From assembly GCA_943359415.1 (NCBI GenBank), contig CALRHQ010000003.1, positions 1 to 32,187 of the forward strand: a DNA stretch of 32,187 bases, given 5' to 3'. Of the stretch, positions 1-9,793 are shown one piece after another. This stretch comes from Candidatus Peribacteria bacterium (lineage in GTDB: Bacteria; Patescibacteriota; Gracilibacteria; UBA1369; LOWO2-01-FULL-3). Within the stretch, counting starts at the first letter, position 1. Each line of letters starts with the position of its first letter. The position numbers were made by a program, and so were the translations under genes. The notes beneath the pieces were generated by a model. The model worked only from the letters and a program-made list of their open reading frames with translations. It did not search any database and was not told the DNA's origin.

Positions 1-931
1 CAGCGATAACTATTACGTTTGTGCCTGTTTCAAATCCATCCATTTCTGTAAGAATTTGGTTTAATGTCTGTTCTCTTTCATCGTGTCCTCCTCCCATTCC
101 TGCGCCTCTATGTCGGCCTACAGCGTCGATTTCATCTATAAAGATGATACATGGTGCGTTGCGTTTTGCTTTTGTGAAAAGATCTCGTACGCGTGATGCT
201 CCAACTCCCACAAACATTTCAACAAATTCAGAACCTGAAATATTGAAAAATGGAACGTCAGCTTCTCCGGCTACAGCTCTTGCAAGGAGTGTTTTTCCTG
301 TTCCAGGAGATCCTATTAACATAACTCCTTTTGGAATTTTTGCGCCCATTGCTCTGTATTTTTGTGGATGTTTCAAGAAATCTACGACCTCAACAAGTTC
401 AGCTTTTGCTTCATCTGCTCCGGCTACATCTTCAAATGTTGTTTTTTGTTTTTCTTTGTCAAAAAGTTTTGCTTTTGATTTTCCAAATGACATTGCTTGG
501 TTGTTGCTTGATTGTGCTGAACGCATCATGAAGCCAAAAAATGCAACAATCAATAAAAATGGAATAATGCTTATTAGGATGTTTGACCAAAATCCTGAAG
601 ATGCATTGTCTTCGACATAGATTGGAAGTTTTGAAATTATGTCGTTTGGAACTCCGGCTTGCCCTAGCAATTCATATAGATTTGTACCAGCTTCTTTATT
701 TGTGAATTGTTTTGCTCCATCGACAAGTTCTAAATTTATTTTATTGTCTGAAACTGTAATTTTGCTTATTAGTCCTGATTTTGCTTCGTCTACAAATGTG
801 TTTAGTGTAATTTCTTTTTCATTCGGTGTTCTTGTATCGAAAATCATTAGTCCTGCTGATATCAAAAGAGCGGCTACAACTAAATATAAAATCGTATTCC
901 TTGGTCTGTTTGGAGAGGAGATGTTTGGCAT
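1..931 (-). CDS. ftsH: ATP-dependent zinc metalloprotease FtsH, 5' part (runs off the left edge of the window)
   Basis: Not in the ORF track; translated by hand from the ATG at 931: [28 protein letters not shown] (TM1)...[18 protein letters not shown] (TM2)...[13 protein letters not shown]...GSPGTGKT (Walker A)...[21 protein letters not shown]...[12 protein letters not shown] (Walker B)...[21 protein letters not shown]. Confidence 0.98.
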   Translation of the reverse strand, partial: MPNISSPNRPRNTILYLVVAALLISAGLMIFDTRTPNEKEITLNTFVDEAKSGLISKITVSDNKINLELVDGAKQFTNKEAGTNLYELLGQAGVPNDIISKLPIYVEDNASSGFWSNILISIIPFLLIVAFFGFMMRSAQSSNNQAMSFGKSKAKLFDKEKQKTTFEDVAGADEAKAELVEVVDFLKHPQKYRAMGAKIPKGVMLIGSPGTGKTLLARAVAGEADVPFFNISGSEFVEMFVGVGASRVRDLFTKAKRNAPCIIFIDEIDAVGRHRGAGMGGGHDEREQTLNQILTEMDGFETGTNVIVIA

Positions 932-967
932 ATTTATTTTTAATATTTTTAATGTTTTTTGACTTCT

Positions 968-2005
968 CTAATATTGGACTTTTTTGCGTTTTTTTTCAAT
1001 CGAAACTTTGATCTTGTTTTTGTTTACCGAGAAAGTGATAGGTCCTATTTTTTTGCTTTTGTTTCCTATGTTTTTTTCGAGGACTTTTAGGATTTCATCT
1101 ATTTGTGCGTTTCCGAAATCTTTTAGTGTCTTTGCGTTTACTTTGTATAATTCGCGAATTATGGCTTTTTTAAGAGCTTTATTTGTTTCACGAAAATCTT
1201 TTGCGACGAGTGTGTTTTTTTCTTTTAGAAATTTTTCAGATTTTTTTATGAATTTTTTTGCCTCATGGTCAAGGAATTCCAAAGTCTCTTCGATATTTTT
1301 TACGTTTTTTGAGACTGTTTCAAGAATGTTTTTATTGATCTTTTTAAATTGTGGAACGATTTTACTTCTGATTAAATTTCTGTTGAATTTTTCATCTAAG
1401 TTGCTTAAATCTTTTACAAATTCAATTTTTTTGTGCAAAAGATAATCTTCTATTTTATCTTTTGGGATCTGTAAGAGTGGTTTGATGAAGGAAAGATTTA
1501 TGTTGGAAATTTTGTGTTCTATTTTTTCTTCCATGCCAAGAAGTCCCTTAAGGCCTGCACCGCGAGCGATGTTTAAAAGAATTGTTTCGAGATTGTCGTC
1601 TGCGTGATGCGCTGTTAGAACAATATTTGTTTTTAGTTCTTTAGCGAGTTTTGCGAAAAATTCATGGCGAACCTGCCTACCCGTTTCTTCAAGTCCACGA
1701 CCCAGTTTTTTGCTTACTTTGGTGATATCTTTTTTTAAAATTCTTATTTCTATTTTGTATTTTTTTGCCAAATCTTTTACGAATTTTTCATCTTTTTCGC
1801 TATCGATTTCTCGAAGCATATGATTTACGTGTGCGGCAATGATTTTGATCTTTATTTTTTCTGCGAATTTTTTTAGCATTTCAAAAAGGAATACGGAATC
1901 GGGGCCTCCTGAAAGTCCTAAAATGACTTTTTCGCCTTTTTTGATGTTTTTAGAGAGAGATTCAAAGATGCTTTTCTCCAGCTTTTTGGCCTCTTGAATG
2001 TTCAT
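968..2005 (-). CDS. tilS: tRNA(Ile)-lysidine synthase
   Basis: PP-loop SGGPDS, AHVNHMLR, TAHHADDNLET, DLSN..RNLIR. Lies directly upstream of ftsH, as is common. Confidence 0.96.
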   Translation of the reverse strand: MNIQEAKKLEKSIFESLSKNIKKGEKVILGLSGGPDSVFLFEMLKKFAEKIKIKIIAAHVNHMLREIDSEKDEKFVKDLAKKYKIEIRILKKDITKVSKKLGRGLEETGRQVRHEFFAKLAKELKTNIVLTAHHADDNLETILLNIARGAGLKGLLGMEEKIEHKISNINLSFIKPLLQIPKDKIEDYLLHKKIEFVKDLSNLDEKFNRNLIRSKIVPQFKKINKNILETVSKNVKNIEETLEFLDHEAKKFIKKSEKFLKEKNTLVAKDFRETNKALKKAIIRELYKVNAKTLKDFGNAQIDEILKVLEKNIGNKSKKIGPITFSVNKNKIKVSIEKKRKKVQY

Positions 2006-2324
2006 AAGTTTTTTTGTTTTGTTCGAAAATCATAGATGATAAAAGATCGAGATTGTCTTCTTCTGCCGCTTTGTTTCTTTTTATTTCTCCGCACGTTTCG
2101 CATTTGTGGGTAATCATCCAGCCTTTTTTCTTATCCAGCTCAACAAAAACAGGTGGCATCATTCCTAGACATAGAGACATTCTGTCTCCAGGGTATTTCA
2201 AATCTACGTGTTTTGAATATAGACATTTTTTGCAATGATTTCTGCATGTTTTTATTGCTTTTGGATTTACTTCGTCGCATTTCTCACATGTAAATCCTTC
2301 GTTTATGACTGTAAATTTTTTCAT
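1962..2324 (-). CDS. RNHCP-domain (zinc-binding) protein
   Basis: FTCEKC...CRNHCKKCLYSKHVD..PGDR...C.G.M.P...HKCETCG matches the RNHCP family pattern. Overlaps the tilS start by 44 bp. Confidence 0.88.
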   Translation of the reverse strand: MKKFTVINEGFTCEKCDEVNPKAIKTCRNHCKKCLYSKHVDLKYPGDRMSLCLGMMPPVFVELDKKKGWMITHKCETCGEIKRNKAAEEDNLDLLSSMIFEQNKKTYEHSRGQKAGEKHL

Positions 2325-2330
2325 GGGTGG

Positions 2331-2339
2331 ATTATATCA
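2331..2339 (-). promoter_or_regulatory. Extended -10 promoter (TGaTATAAT), 6 nt before the RNHCP start codon
   Basis: The minus strand reads atgaTATAATccacccATG. Confidence 0.65.
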
Positions 2340-2360
2340 TGAAATTTTGTCTCTAGGCTA

Positions 2361-2389
2361 TTGTTTTTTGGCTTCAAATGTGGTAGAAT
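2361..2389 (+). promoter_or_regulatory. Sigma70-type promoter of the pilus operon
   Basis: TTGTTT (2361-2366), 17-bp spacer ending TGG, TAGAAT (2384-2389). Confidence 0.6.
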
Positions 2390-2421
2390 TATATGAAAGT
2401 AAATATTAAAACAAAAACAAA

Positions 2422-3036
2422 ATGAAAAGGTTCTCTACGTTAATGATGTTAGGAATAATAGCTGTTGTTGCTTTTGGTGGATACAATGTGTATTTGTCGT
2501 GGCAAAAATCTGCGCTTTCAGATGAAGTTCTTCAGGCTGACGTGCTTCTTTCTGATTATGGAAAACAGGTTTTACAGTATGAAAACAAGCAAGTCTTGGA
2601 ATCTATAAATGCAAAAAAGACTATCAATGAGCTGAAAAATGAAGGAATTATAGAATGGTCCAGTGTTATCAAAAAAATCAGAATGACGATTCCTAAGGTT
2701 GATGGAATCCCTGTAATCACGGTTCTTTCGTATTCCGGATCGTCAAATGATGAAATCTCAATGAATGTGAAAACAACTGAAACTTCTGAAAATCCATATT
2801 TTGATGTTGCGGATGTTATAAAAGCTTTTAATTCGAGTAAATATTTTACTGAAGCTTTTGTTCCCTCAATTTCAAATGGAGTTGATGAGAAAGGTAATCA
2901 AATTTTGACTTTTCTTTTGAGTATGAAATATCTTTCAAATAGTGCTGATGTGTCTCTTAGTGATGCCGATTTTGGAAGTGTTGATGTGCCTTCTTCAAGC
3001 GCTACAACTGATAATGTAAATAAAGTTTCAAGATAA
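2422..3036 (+). CDS. PilN-like type IV pilus alignment protein
   Basis: N-terminal TM, coiled coil, then IEWSSVIKKIRMTIP and a ferredoxin-like region ending in LTFLLSM. Sits upstream of pilO-like and pilC. Confidence 0.65.
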   Translation: MKRFSTLMMLGIIAVVAFGGYNVYLSWQKSALSDEVLQADVLLSDYGKQVLQYENKQVLESINAKKTINELKNEGIIEWSSVIKKIRMTIPKVDGIPVITVLSYSGSSNDEISMNVKTTETSENPYFDVADVIKAFNSSKYFTEAFVPSISNGVDEKGNQILTFLLSMKYLSNSADVSLSDADFGSVDVPSSSATTDNVNKVSR

Positions 3037-3070
3037 ATTTAAAAAAAATTACTAAAATAAAAACAAAAAT

Positions 3071-3655
3071 ATGTTAGAACAAAATGTACAAGATCAGCAG
3101 ATATATGTTGAAGGGAATAGCAATAAAGGCTCTATTGTCGGTATTTTTCTGATCATTCTTGTTGTGTTTGGATATGTATTTTATACAAAAGGACTATCTT
3201 CCGAGGTAAGCCAAATGAATGCAGATATTACAAGTAAAAATTTGCAGATTGAGGAAAGCAAAGCCAAAGTTGTAGAGATGACAAAGGCGGAAAAAGAACT
3301 TGATTTGTCCAGTGAGGTGAAGAAAACAGAGCTTCTTAAGTCTGTTCCGAAAGATGTAGCTCAAGATCAGATTATTAGAGATATTATCGATACTTCTAAA
3401 ATTCATGATATTAAATTGAATTCTATAGGTTTTGGAAAAGGGGCTTCAAGTAAAGAAGGAGTTGGTTCGCTTCGAATCAATGCAAGTTTTGAAGGAAGTT
3501 ATAATGATCTTGTCTCATTTCTTGAAAGTCTTGAGCAAAATGCGAGAGTTCTTATCGTTGATAGTATAAGCGTTCAGCTTGGAAAAACTGATTTGCTAGA
3601 TTCTACGAGAGCAACTTTTTCTCTTTCAATGCAGGCTTTTTATCTTAAAAAATAA
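3071..3655 (+). CDS. pilO: PilO-like type IV pilus alignment protein
   Basis: Single TM, coiled coil, then LRINASFEGSYNDLVSFLESLEQNARVLIVDSISV, typical of PilO/GspM folds. Confidence 0.8.
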   Translation: MLEQNVQDQQIYVEGNSNKGSIVGIFLIILVVFGYVFYTKGLSSEVSQMNADITSKNLQIEESKAKVVEMTKAEKELDLSSEVKKTELLKSVPKDVAQDQIIRDIIDTSKIHDIKLNSIGFGKGASSKEGVGSLRINASFEGSYNDLVSFLESLEQNARVLIVDSISVQLGKTDLLDSTRATFSLSMQAFYLKK

Positions 3656-3674
3656 TTATTGAACTTTTGAATTT

Positions 3675-4922
3675 ATGGAAAATAATGTAAAAAATCAGTC
3701 GGTTAGCGATACTGACTTTGTTGTGGCTGGGGCTTCGGAAAGCGGATATGAAGTTTTGAATAAAGTTAAAAATTCAAAAGAAATTATTGCTGATAATGTA
3801 ATTTATGGAGTTTATAATAATGAAAATGCAGGACTTTTTGTGAAGTTGAATGATTTTTTCATAGATCGTTCAAGTGTTGGACTTAAAGATAAATCTTATT
3901 TTTTCCATATGCTCGCAGTGATGGTGGATGCTGGAATTCCAGTTGTGGCTGCGACTAAATCTCTTGCTGCAAGAACTGAAAATCCAAGACTTGGTCGTAT
4001 TTTGAATACGTTGGCTCATAGTTGTGAGCATGGTTCTACTTTGGCCGATAGTATGAGTAGATTTGAAACGATTTTTGAAGAATCCGAGATTGGGATTGTG
4101 CGTGCCGGAGAGGAAACAGGAAAACTTAATACAATGCTTTTCAAACTTTCCGCTCAGCTTGATAAAAATCATGATTTATATTTAAAGCTTTGGGGCGCAG
4201 CGGTTTATCCGATTGCTGTTTTGTGTGTACTTGTATTGGTTTCGATTGGTATGCTTGTTTGGGTTTTCCCAAGCTTGATGAGTTTGCTTACACAAGGTGG
4301 AGTTACTGAAGCGAATCTTCCTTTGGCTACAAAAGTTTTGCTAAATTTACAGAGAGCTGTTACAGGTTATTGGTGGGCAATTTTGGCTGGAGTCCTTGTT
4401 TTTTATGGGACTTTCAATGTTTATGTTGGAAGTGATTATGGGGCTTATAGATGGGATTATTTTAAACTTAAATTTCCTATCGTCGGAGGACTTTTACGAA
4501 AACTTTATGTTTTGCAGTTTGTTAGTTTGGTAGGTCTTCTTATTGAGGCTGGACTTCCTGTTATCAGAGCGATTTCTATCACAGGAGGTGCTATTTCAAA
4601 TAAACTTTATAAACTGAAAACTCAGGAAGTTATGAGTGCCGTGCGTGATGGTAGAAAAATTTCTGAAAGCTTGATGGACAGTAATTTTCTTTTCCCTGCT
4701 GAAGTTGTACAAATGTTGAATGTAGGTGAATCTTCTGCCAGTCTTGGAAAAATTTCCGAGAAAATTGCAGATCAATATCAAAGAGAAATTGATAATGGAC
4801 TTAAAAAGATTTCATCTGTTTTTGAACCTGTAATGATTTTGTTTGTCGGTCTTTTTGTAGCGCTTTTGGCGCTTGCGATCATGGCCCCTATCTTTAATCT
4901 TAGCAATGTTGTTGGAAGTTAA
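3675..4922 (+). CDS. pilC: Type IV pilus inner-membrane platform protein PilC (GspF family)
   Basis: Two T2SSF repeats (LAVMVDAGIP...AGEETGKL; LIEAGLP...VGESSASL), YP and EP motifs, three TM segments. Confidence 0.95.
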   Translation: MENNVKNQSVSDTDFVVAGASESGYEVLNKVKNSKEIIADNVIYGVYNNENAGLFVKLNDFFIDRSSVGLKDKSYFFHMLAVMVDAGIPVVAATKSLAARTENPRLGRILNTLAHSCEHGSTLADSMSRFETIFEESEIGIVRAGEETGKLNTMLFKLSAQLDKNHDLYLKLWGAAVYPIAVLCVLVLVSIGMLVWVFPSLMSLLTQGGVTEANLPLATKVLLNLQRAVTGYWWAILAGVLVFYGTFNVYVGSDYGAYRWDYFKLKFPIVGGLLRKLYVLQFVSLVGLLIEAGLPVIRAISITGGAISNKLYKLKTQEVMSAVRDGRKISESLMDSNFLFPAEVVQMLNVGESSASLGKISEKIADQYQREIDNGLKKISSVFEPVMILFVGLFVALLALAIMAPIFNLSNVVGS

Positions 4923-5670
4923 AAAACAATCAGGATTTTCTCGAAGTGGATTTACGCTAGTAGAAATTATAGTCGTTATGGGGCTTGTTGCCGCATTGGC
5001 TGTTTTATCTGTAGGTGGATATTTGCAATATAGAAAAAGCACTATTCTTAATCTGTCTGCTGATAGCATCATTGCACAAATTTATTCTCAAAGAGATAAG
5101 GCGATGTTAGGTTCTTATAAAGGTCAAAGGGCTGAGGAAATAAGGACTGAGTTGGATAAGGTTTCTGGAAATTCCGGTGTTGAAACGGTTTTGAAAAAAG
5201 ATGTTTTTGATTCGAAATGTTTTATAGTTTTATTTGAAAAAAGTGTTGATGGTGAATTTTTAGCTTATATGTCCCAAAAAAATTTTAGTGGTAAGAAAAT
5301 TTTTGTAGGTGATTCTTGGGAATACAAAGGGTGTAAAGATGTTACCAATGGTACTGTAATTCAAAAGAATTTATTTGAGTTGGATGCTCTTATCAAAATT
5401 GATAATGTTTCGATCGGAAATTTTTCGGAAGGTGGAGTGAAAACGCAAGTTTCTCAGTCTCTTGAGGTTAAATTTTTGCCACCAGATGGAAAAATTCAAG
5501 TTTTAGTGGATGGACAGGTGAAAAATGCCGATATAACTCAGGCCGGTGCGCAAGGTCCTTTGCCTATTTTTGGTATGAAAATTGATATAAGTTATGGTGA
5601 TAATAATCCTGAGTATCAAAAAAGTGTTTTCTTTGATTTTGTTTCCGGAGTTGGAACTATTTCTAAATAA
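4906..5670 (+). CDS. Minor type IV pilin (FimT/FimU/GspH-like)
   Basis: Class III signal G|FTLVE followed by a hydrophobic helix. The ATG at 4906 is preferred over the TTG at 4873. Confidence 0.85.
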   Translation: MLLEVKKQSGFSRSGFTLVEIIVVMGLVAALAVLSVGGYLQYRKSTILNLSADSIIAQIYSQRDKAMLGSYKGQRAEEIRTELDKVSGNSGVETVLKKDVFDSKCFIVLFEKSVDGEFLAYMSQKNFSGKKIFVGDSWEYKGCKDVTNGTVIQKNLFELDALIKIDNVSIGNFSEGGVKTQVSQSLEVKFLPPDGKIQVLVDGQVKNADITQAGAQGPLPIFGMKIDISYGDNNPEYQKSVFFDFVSGVGTISK

Positions 5671-5674
5671 ATAT

Positions 5675-6304
5675 ATGAAAAGTTTTCTTAAGAAAATCAG
5701 TAAAAAAAGAGGATTTACCCTTACAGAGGTGCTTATCGGGATTTCGATTTTGACTGTTGCTATTGTTTCGGCGACAAATTTGCTTGTCACGATTGTTCAA
5801 TCAAATAAAAATAATGTGAAAACTTTGCAGGCTTATTATTATGCTCAAGAAGGGCTTGAGGCTTTTAGAAATATTCGTGATACGAATTGGTTACATAATC
5901 AAGATTGGCTTGATGGAGATATTAATCAGAAAATTCAGAAAATTTGGGGAAGTGGATTTAAAAAAAATGTTGATCCTTTGAAAGGCAATATGTATGAAAT
6001 TGTTACAAAAAATGTTTTTGATAATTCTCCGATAAATGAATCCAAGGTCGAAGATGGAATAATGAAAACTTATGCTCCATGGGAAGTTATTTCTATAAAT
6101 AGTGAAATTGAAGCACAAGAAAATAAAATAAATGGATTTAAACGTGTTCTTTATGTTTATTCTTACGATTGTGCGAAAGGACAAATCATGGCTGATTGTA
6201 GCGATTACGTGAGAGTCGTTTCGAAAGTTTTCTGGAAAGATGGATCTGAAAAAGAAGTAAATTTAAATGAAATATTCACTAATTGGAAAGGTGGAGCTTT
6301 ATGA
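5675..6304 (+). CDS. Minor type IV pilin (PilV-like)
   Basis: KKRG|FTLTE plus hydrophobic helix, then QAYYYAQEGLEAFRNIRD. ATG 5675 is 4 bp after the upstream stop. Confidence 0.85.
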   Translation: MKSFLKKISKKRGFTLTEVLIGISILTVAIVSATNLLVTIVQSNKNNVKTLQAYYYAQEGLEAFRNIRDTNWLHNQDWLDGDINQKIQKIWGSGFKKNVDPLKGNMYEIVTKNVFDNSPINESKVEDGIMKTYAPWEVISINSEIEAQENKINGFKRVLYVYSYDCAKGQIMADCSDYVRVVSKVFWKDGSEKEVNLNEIFTNWKGGAL

Positions 6305-6945
6305 TAAAAAATAAATTAAAAAGAGGATTTACCCTTGTAGAAACGCTTATCGCGCTTGGAATATTTGCGATGTTTATGTCGATTTTGATCGGTTCTTATT
6401 CCGGGATTGTAAGATCTCTTAAAGAGGCAAATGATTATCGTATTATGTATTCAGATGCAAGAAGAGTTTTTGATACTGTTGTTGCGGAATTGAGAGAGGG
6501 AATTGTGGATTATGGGAATAATGTTTATGGAGGAGTGTGTAGTAATCCGATATTGTTAAATGGCTCAAAAAATGAAATTTATATGATCTCGAAAGATGGT
6601 GGTTCTGTTACTAAAATTTTTCAAGATGATGTGAAATATGGTGAAACTTCGGGAGTGGAAAAAACTCGCGGTGTTATAAAGGTTTCAAAAAGCATTGGTA
6701 ATGAAATTACTTTGAATTCTCCTGTTGTTAATGTGAAAGAATTTCAAGTTTTTGCTTATCCTCATCTTGATCCTTATGACCTCCAAAATGTATTTAAAGA
6801 TGCTTATCAGTTTCAGCCTTTTGTCCTTGTGAAAGCTGTTTTTGAAAAAGAAAAATTCAATGGAGAATTGTTCAGTGTTTCTTTTGAAACGGCTATTTCT
6901 TCAAGAATTTATAATCAAGTTTTAGTTAAAAAATGCGCAAATTAA
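6301..6945 (+). CDS. Minor type IV pilin (PilW/GspJ-like)
   Basis: KRG|FTLVE. ATGA overlap with the previous gene. Ends FETAISSR. Confidence 0.85.
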   Translation: MIKNKLKRGFTLVETLIALGIFAMFMSILIGSYSGIVRSLKEANDYRIMYSDARRVFDTVVAELREGIVDYGNNVYGGVCSNPILLNGSKNEIYMISKDGGSVTKIFQDDVKYGETSGVEKTRGVIKVSKSIGNEITLNSPVVNVKEFQVFAYPHLDPYDLQNVFKDAYQFQPFVLVKAVFEKEKFNGELFSVSFETAISSRIYNQVLVKKCAN

Positions 6946-8207
6946 ATCTGAAAATTAGTGGAATTTTTGAAAAAAGCGGAAGTGCACTTTTGACGGCACT
7001 TCTTGTGATGGGAGTTCTTATGTCTGTTTCTCTTGCGCTTTCTTCACTTGTTTTACGTGAAATTTATACGACTCGTGAAGTTCTTGATGCCGGAATGGCT
7101 TATTATGGAGCTGAGTCTGGAATTGAGGTTTCACTTTACAATATAAAACATAATCTTCCAGGGTGGGAAACTAATGGGAAAGATTTTGTTCCGCTACAAA
7201 TCGATGACGAAAAAAAAGTTGTGACTGAATATAAAGTTGATAATACTTGTAATGCTTATCCGTGTTTCGGATCTGATTTTGATAAGGGTAGTGCAGAAAT
7301 AGATCTGACTGCTTTTTATGATATTCTTGATTTAAATGAGTCGATAACTATTCCGCTTTTTGTTGTAGGTAATGACTATAAAGAGCATAAAGTCCAGAAT
7401 TTTACAGTTGAATTTTATGGAATTTTTAATCCGACGAATGATCTTAAAGTAAAGGGTAAAAAAGGATTTAATCTTAGTGGATGGGATATTTTGAGGTGGA
7501 AGATTTTGGGAATATCAAATGATAACGCTGTTAAAAATAAAACAGAATCTATCAGTGATTTTACCGCCCTTTCTACTTGGGCGCAGGGTGAGGGGCTTAA
7601 TGCCAAAAAAAATGTGACTGATGCAAAAAGACCTTCTTGGTTTGGAAGCGTTAATTGTAGTGCTAATGCTAATGCTAATGCAAATAAGGGGGAGAGGTAT
7701 ACGGATAAAATTACTTGTATTGGATATGGAAGTGGTGCGCAGGCAGTTCATCTTGGTGATGATATTGCGAAAACTGTTGTTGGAAATTGTTTGAATACAG
7801 AGGCGAGAGAACATTATATTTATGCGAATGGTGAGGTTCAAAGTACTGCAAGTTGTTATCCCATTTCTACGTTTTTGCAAGAACACAGGCTGAATTATTT
7901 GACACTTACGAATCTTATGAATCCTGCGGTTTTTGATGATAAATTTAATGAAGATGAAAAACTTGCGATGTCGAAAATATATTTTAGGATTGAGCTTTTT
8001 GGTGAAAATGGAGAGGTCTTAAATGGGCAGAGTGAAAATGCCGTGTATGACAATAAAACGGTTCGTGAATATGCGGAAATTGTTTCAAACGGTTATAGTG
8101 GAAATAGTAAACAAAGTATCAGTGTGAATTTGAAACGCGACAGCTTTATGCCGGTTTTCAATTTCTCTTTGTATAGTACTTATAAAACTGAAAAGGATTG
8201 GTATTAG
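6933..8207 (+). CDS. PilX/GspK-like minor pilin with large Cys-containing domain
   Basis: G|SALLTALLV without Glu5, then AYYGAESGIE, the characteristic PilX N-terminal pattern. Confidence 0.8.
   Translation: MRKLNLKISGIFEKSGSALLTALLVMGVLMSVSLALSSLVLREIYTTREVLDAGMAYYGAESGIEVSLYNIKHNLPGWETNGKDFVPLQIDDEKKVVTEYKVDNTCNAYPCFGSDFDKGSAEIDLTAFYDILDLNESITIPLFVVGNDYKEHKVQNFTVEFYGIFNPTNDLKVKGKKGFNLSGWDILRWKILGISNDNAVKNKTESISDFTALSTWAQGEGLNAKKNVTDAKRPSWFGSVNCSANANANANKGERYTDKITCIGYGSGAQAVHLGDDIAKTVVGNCLNTEAREHYIYANGEVQSTASCYPISTFLQEHRLNYLTLTNLMNPAVFDDKFNEDEKLAMSKIYFRIELFGENGEVLNGQSENAVYDNKTVREYAEIVSNGYSGNSKQSISVNLKRDSFMPVFNFSLYSTYKTEKDWY
7662..7685 (+). repeat. In-frame hexamer microsatellite (GCTAAT)3-GCAAAT encoding ANANANAN
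   Basis: Read directly: gctaat gctaat gctaat gcaaat. Confidence 0.9.
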
Positions 8208-8225
8208 TTTCATCGTTTTCATGCC

Positions 8226-8255
8226 TTGACGTAAAGTTGTCTTGCAGGGTAAGCT
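8226..8255 (+). promoter_or_regulatory. metG promoter, probably leaderless
   Basis: TTGACG (8226-8231), 18 bp, TAAGCT (8250-8255), 6 nt, ATG 8262. Confidence 0.55.
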
Positions 8256-8261
8256 TTTTGC

Positions 8262-9791
8262 ATGAATAAATTTTATTTGTCGACGGCGATTGCGTATGTA
8301 AATGCGGCGCCACATATCGGACACGCGCTTGAATTTGTGCAAGCTGATGCGCTTACTCGTTATCATCGTGCGAAAGGGGACAGTGTGTTTTTTCTTACCG
8401 GAACTGATGAACATGGAGTGAAAATTTTTGAAGCGGCGCAGGAGAAGGGAATGGATACGAAAGATTTTGTGGATTTTAATGCTAAACAATTTGAAGATTT
8501 GAGAGGAATTTTGAATTTGGCTTACGATGGTTTTGTACGTACAAGTAGTGAGCATCATAAAAAAGGTGCTAAGAAAATTTGGACGGCAATGTTTGAGGCC
8601 GGAGATATTTATAAGGGAACTTACAAAGGAAATTATTGCGTCGGATGTGAGTCTTTTATCCCTGAAAAAGATTTGGATGAAGGAGGAAATTGCTCTATTC
8701 ATAAGAAAAAACCAAAAACTCTTGAAGAAGAAAATTATTTTTTCAAACTTTCAAAATATTCTGATGCGATAAAAAAGGCTATCGAAAGCGATAAATTGTT
8801 GATTTTGCCTGAGGCCAGGAAAAATGAAATGTTGAACTTGATAGGGGAGGAGGGACTAAAGGATGTGAGTTTTTCGCGTCCGAAAGATTTGCTTCCATGG
8901 GGAGTTGATGTGCCAAATGACGATTCTCAGGTGATGTATGTTTGGTGTGATGCGCTTTCAAATTATATTACTGCGCTTGGATATGCTGATGGTGAAAACG
9001 GGGATGAAAGTGATACTTTCAAGAAATTTTGGCCGTGTGATGTGCATTTGATTGGAAAGGATATTTTGAGATTTCATGCAGGAATTTGGATCGGAATGCT
9101 TTTGTCTGCCGGACTCGGACTACCTAAAGCGATTTATGTACATGGATTTGTGACGAGTGAGGGGCAAAAAATGAGCAAGAGCCTTGGAAATGTAGTGAAT
9201 CCGCTTGAGTATGTCGAAAAATATGGAAGTGAGGCGATGAGATATTATTTGCTTAAAGAAATTCCGACTGCTGATGATGGTGACTTTTCTCATAAAAGAT
9301 TTCTTGAGGTTTTCAATAGTGAACTTGCGAATAGCATGGGGAATTTGGTGAATCGTGTAGTGATGATGACGGATAGATATTGTGAGGGGAAAGTGCCTAA
9401 AGAGGTGGATGGAGCTGGTGTTTATGAATTGCTTATGTTGTCCGTAGAGGCGTATAAAACTGCTTTTGAGAGGTTTGATTTTAAAGTTGCATGTGAAGCT
9501 TTGATTTCTATTGTGAATCTTGGGAACAAATATATTGATGATAAAAAACCTTGGGCAATGGCGAAAGAAACTCCTGAAAAAGTTCCGGAAGTTTTATATA
9601 ATCTTCTTGAATTGCTTCGTTTCGTTGGAATTTTGTTTGCTCCGATTTTGCCTGAGTGTTCAGTAAAAATCTTGAAACAAATTGGTGCGGATTTCAACGA
9701 TATAAAACTTGATTCTTTGAAATGGGGTGTATTAAAAGAAGGAAGTATTATTCAAAAAGCTGAAGTTCTTTTCCCTAGGATTGAAGAATAA
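8262..9791 (+). CDS. metG: Methionine--tRNA ligase (short monomeric type)
   Basis: YVNAAPHIGH, GTDEHG, CVGCE knuckle, YVWCDAL, GKDILRFH, KMSKS. No C-terminal tRNA-binding domain. Confidence 0.98.
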   Translation: MNKFYLSTAIAYVNAAPHIGHALEFVQADALTRYHRAKGDSVFFLTGTDEHGVKIFEAAQEKGMDTKDFVDFNAKQFEDLRGILNLAYDGFVRTSSEHHKKGAKKIWTAMFEAGDIYKGTYKGNYCVGCESFIPEKDLDEGGNCSIHKKKPKTLEEENYFFKLSKYSDAIKKAIESDKLLILPEARKNEMLNLIGEEGLKDVSFSRPKDLLPWGVDVPNDDSQVMYVWCDALSNYITALGYADGENGDESDTFKKFWPCDVHLIGKDILRFHAGIWIGMLLSAGLGLPKAIYVHGFVTSEGQKMSKSLGNVVNPLEYVEKYGSEAMRYYLLKEIPTADDGDFSHKRFLEVFNSELANSMGNLVNRVVMMTDRYCEGKVPKEVDGAGVYELLMLSVEAYKTAFERFDFKVACEALISIVNLGNKYIDDKKPWAMAKETPEKVPEVLYNLLELLRFVGILFAPILPECSVKILKQIGADFNDIKLDSLKWGVLKEGSIIQKAEVLFPRIEE

Positions 9792-9793
9792 AT

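Noticed and set aside
21-962. Plus-strand ORFs 21-620, 331-531 and 639-962
   Set aside because: Antisense shadows of ftsH.
8085-8702. 205-aa minus-strand ORF
   Set aside because: Antisense shadow of metG and the pilX 3' end, with no motifs.
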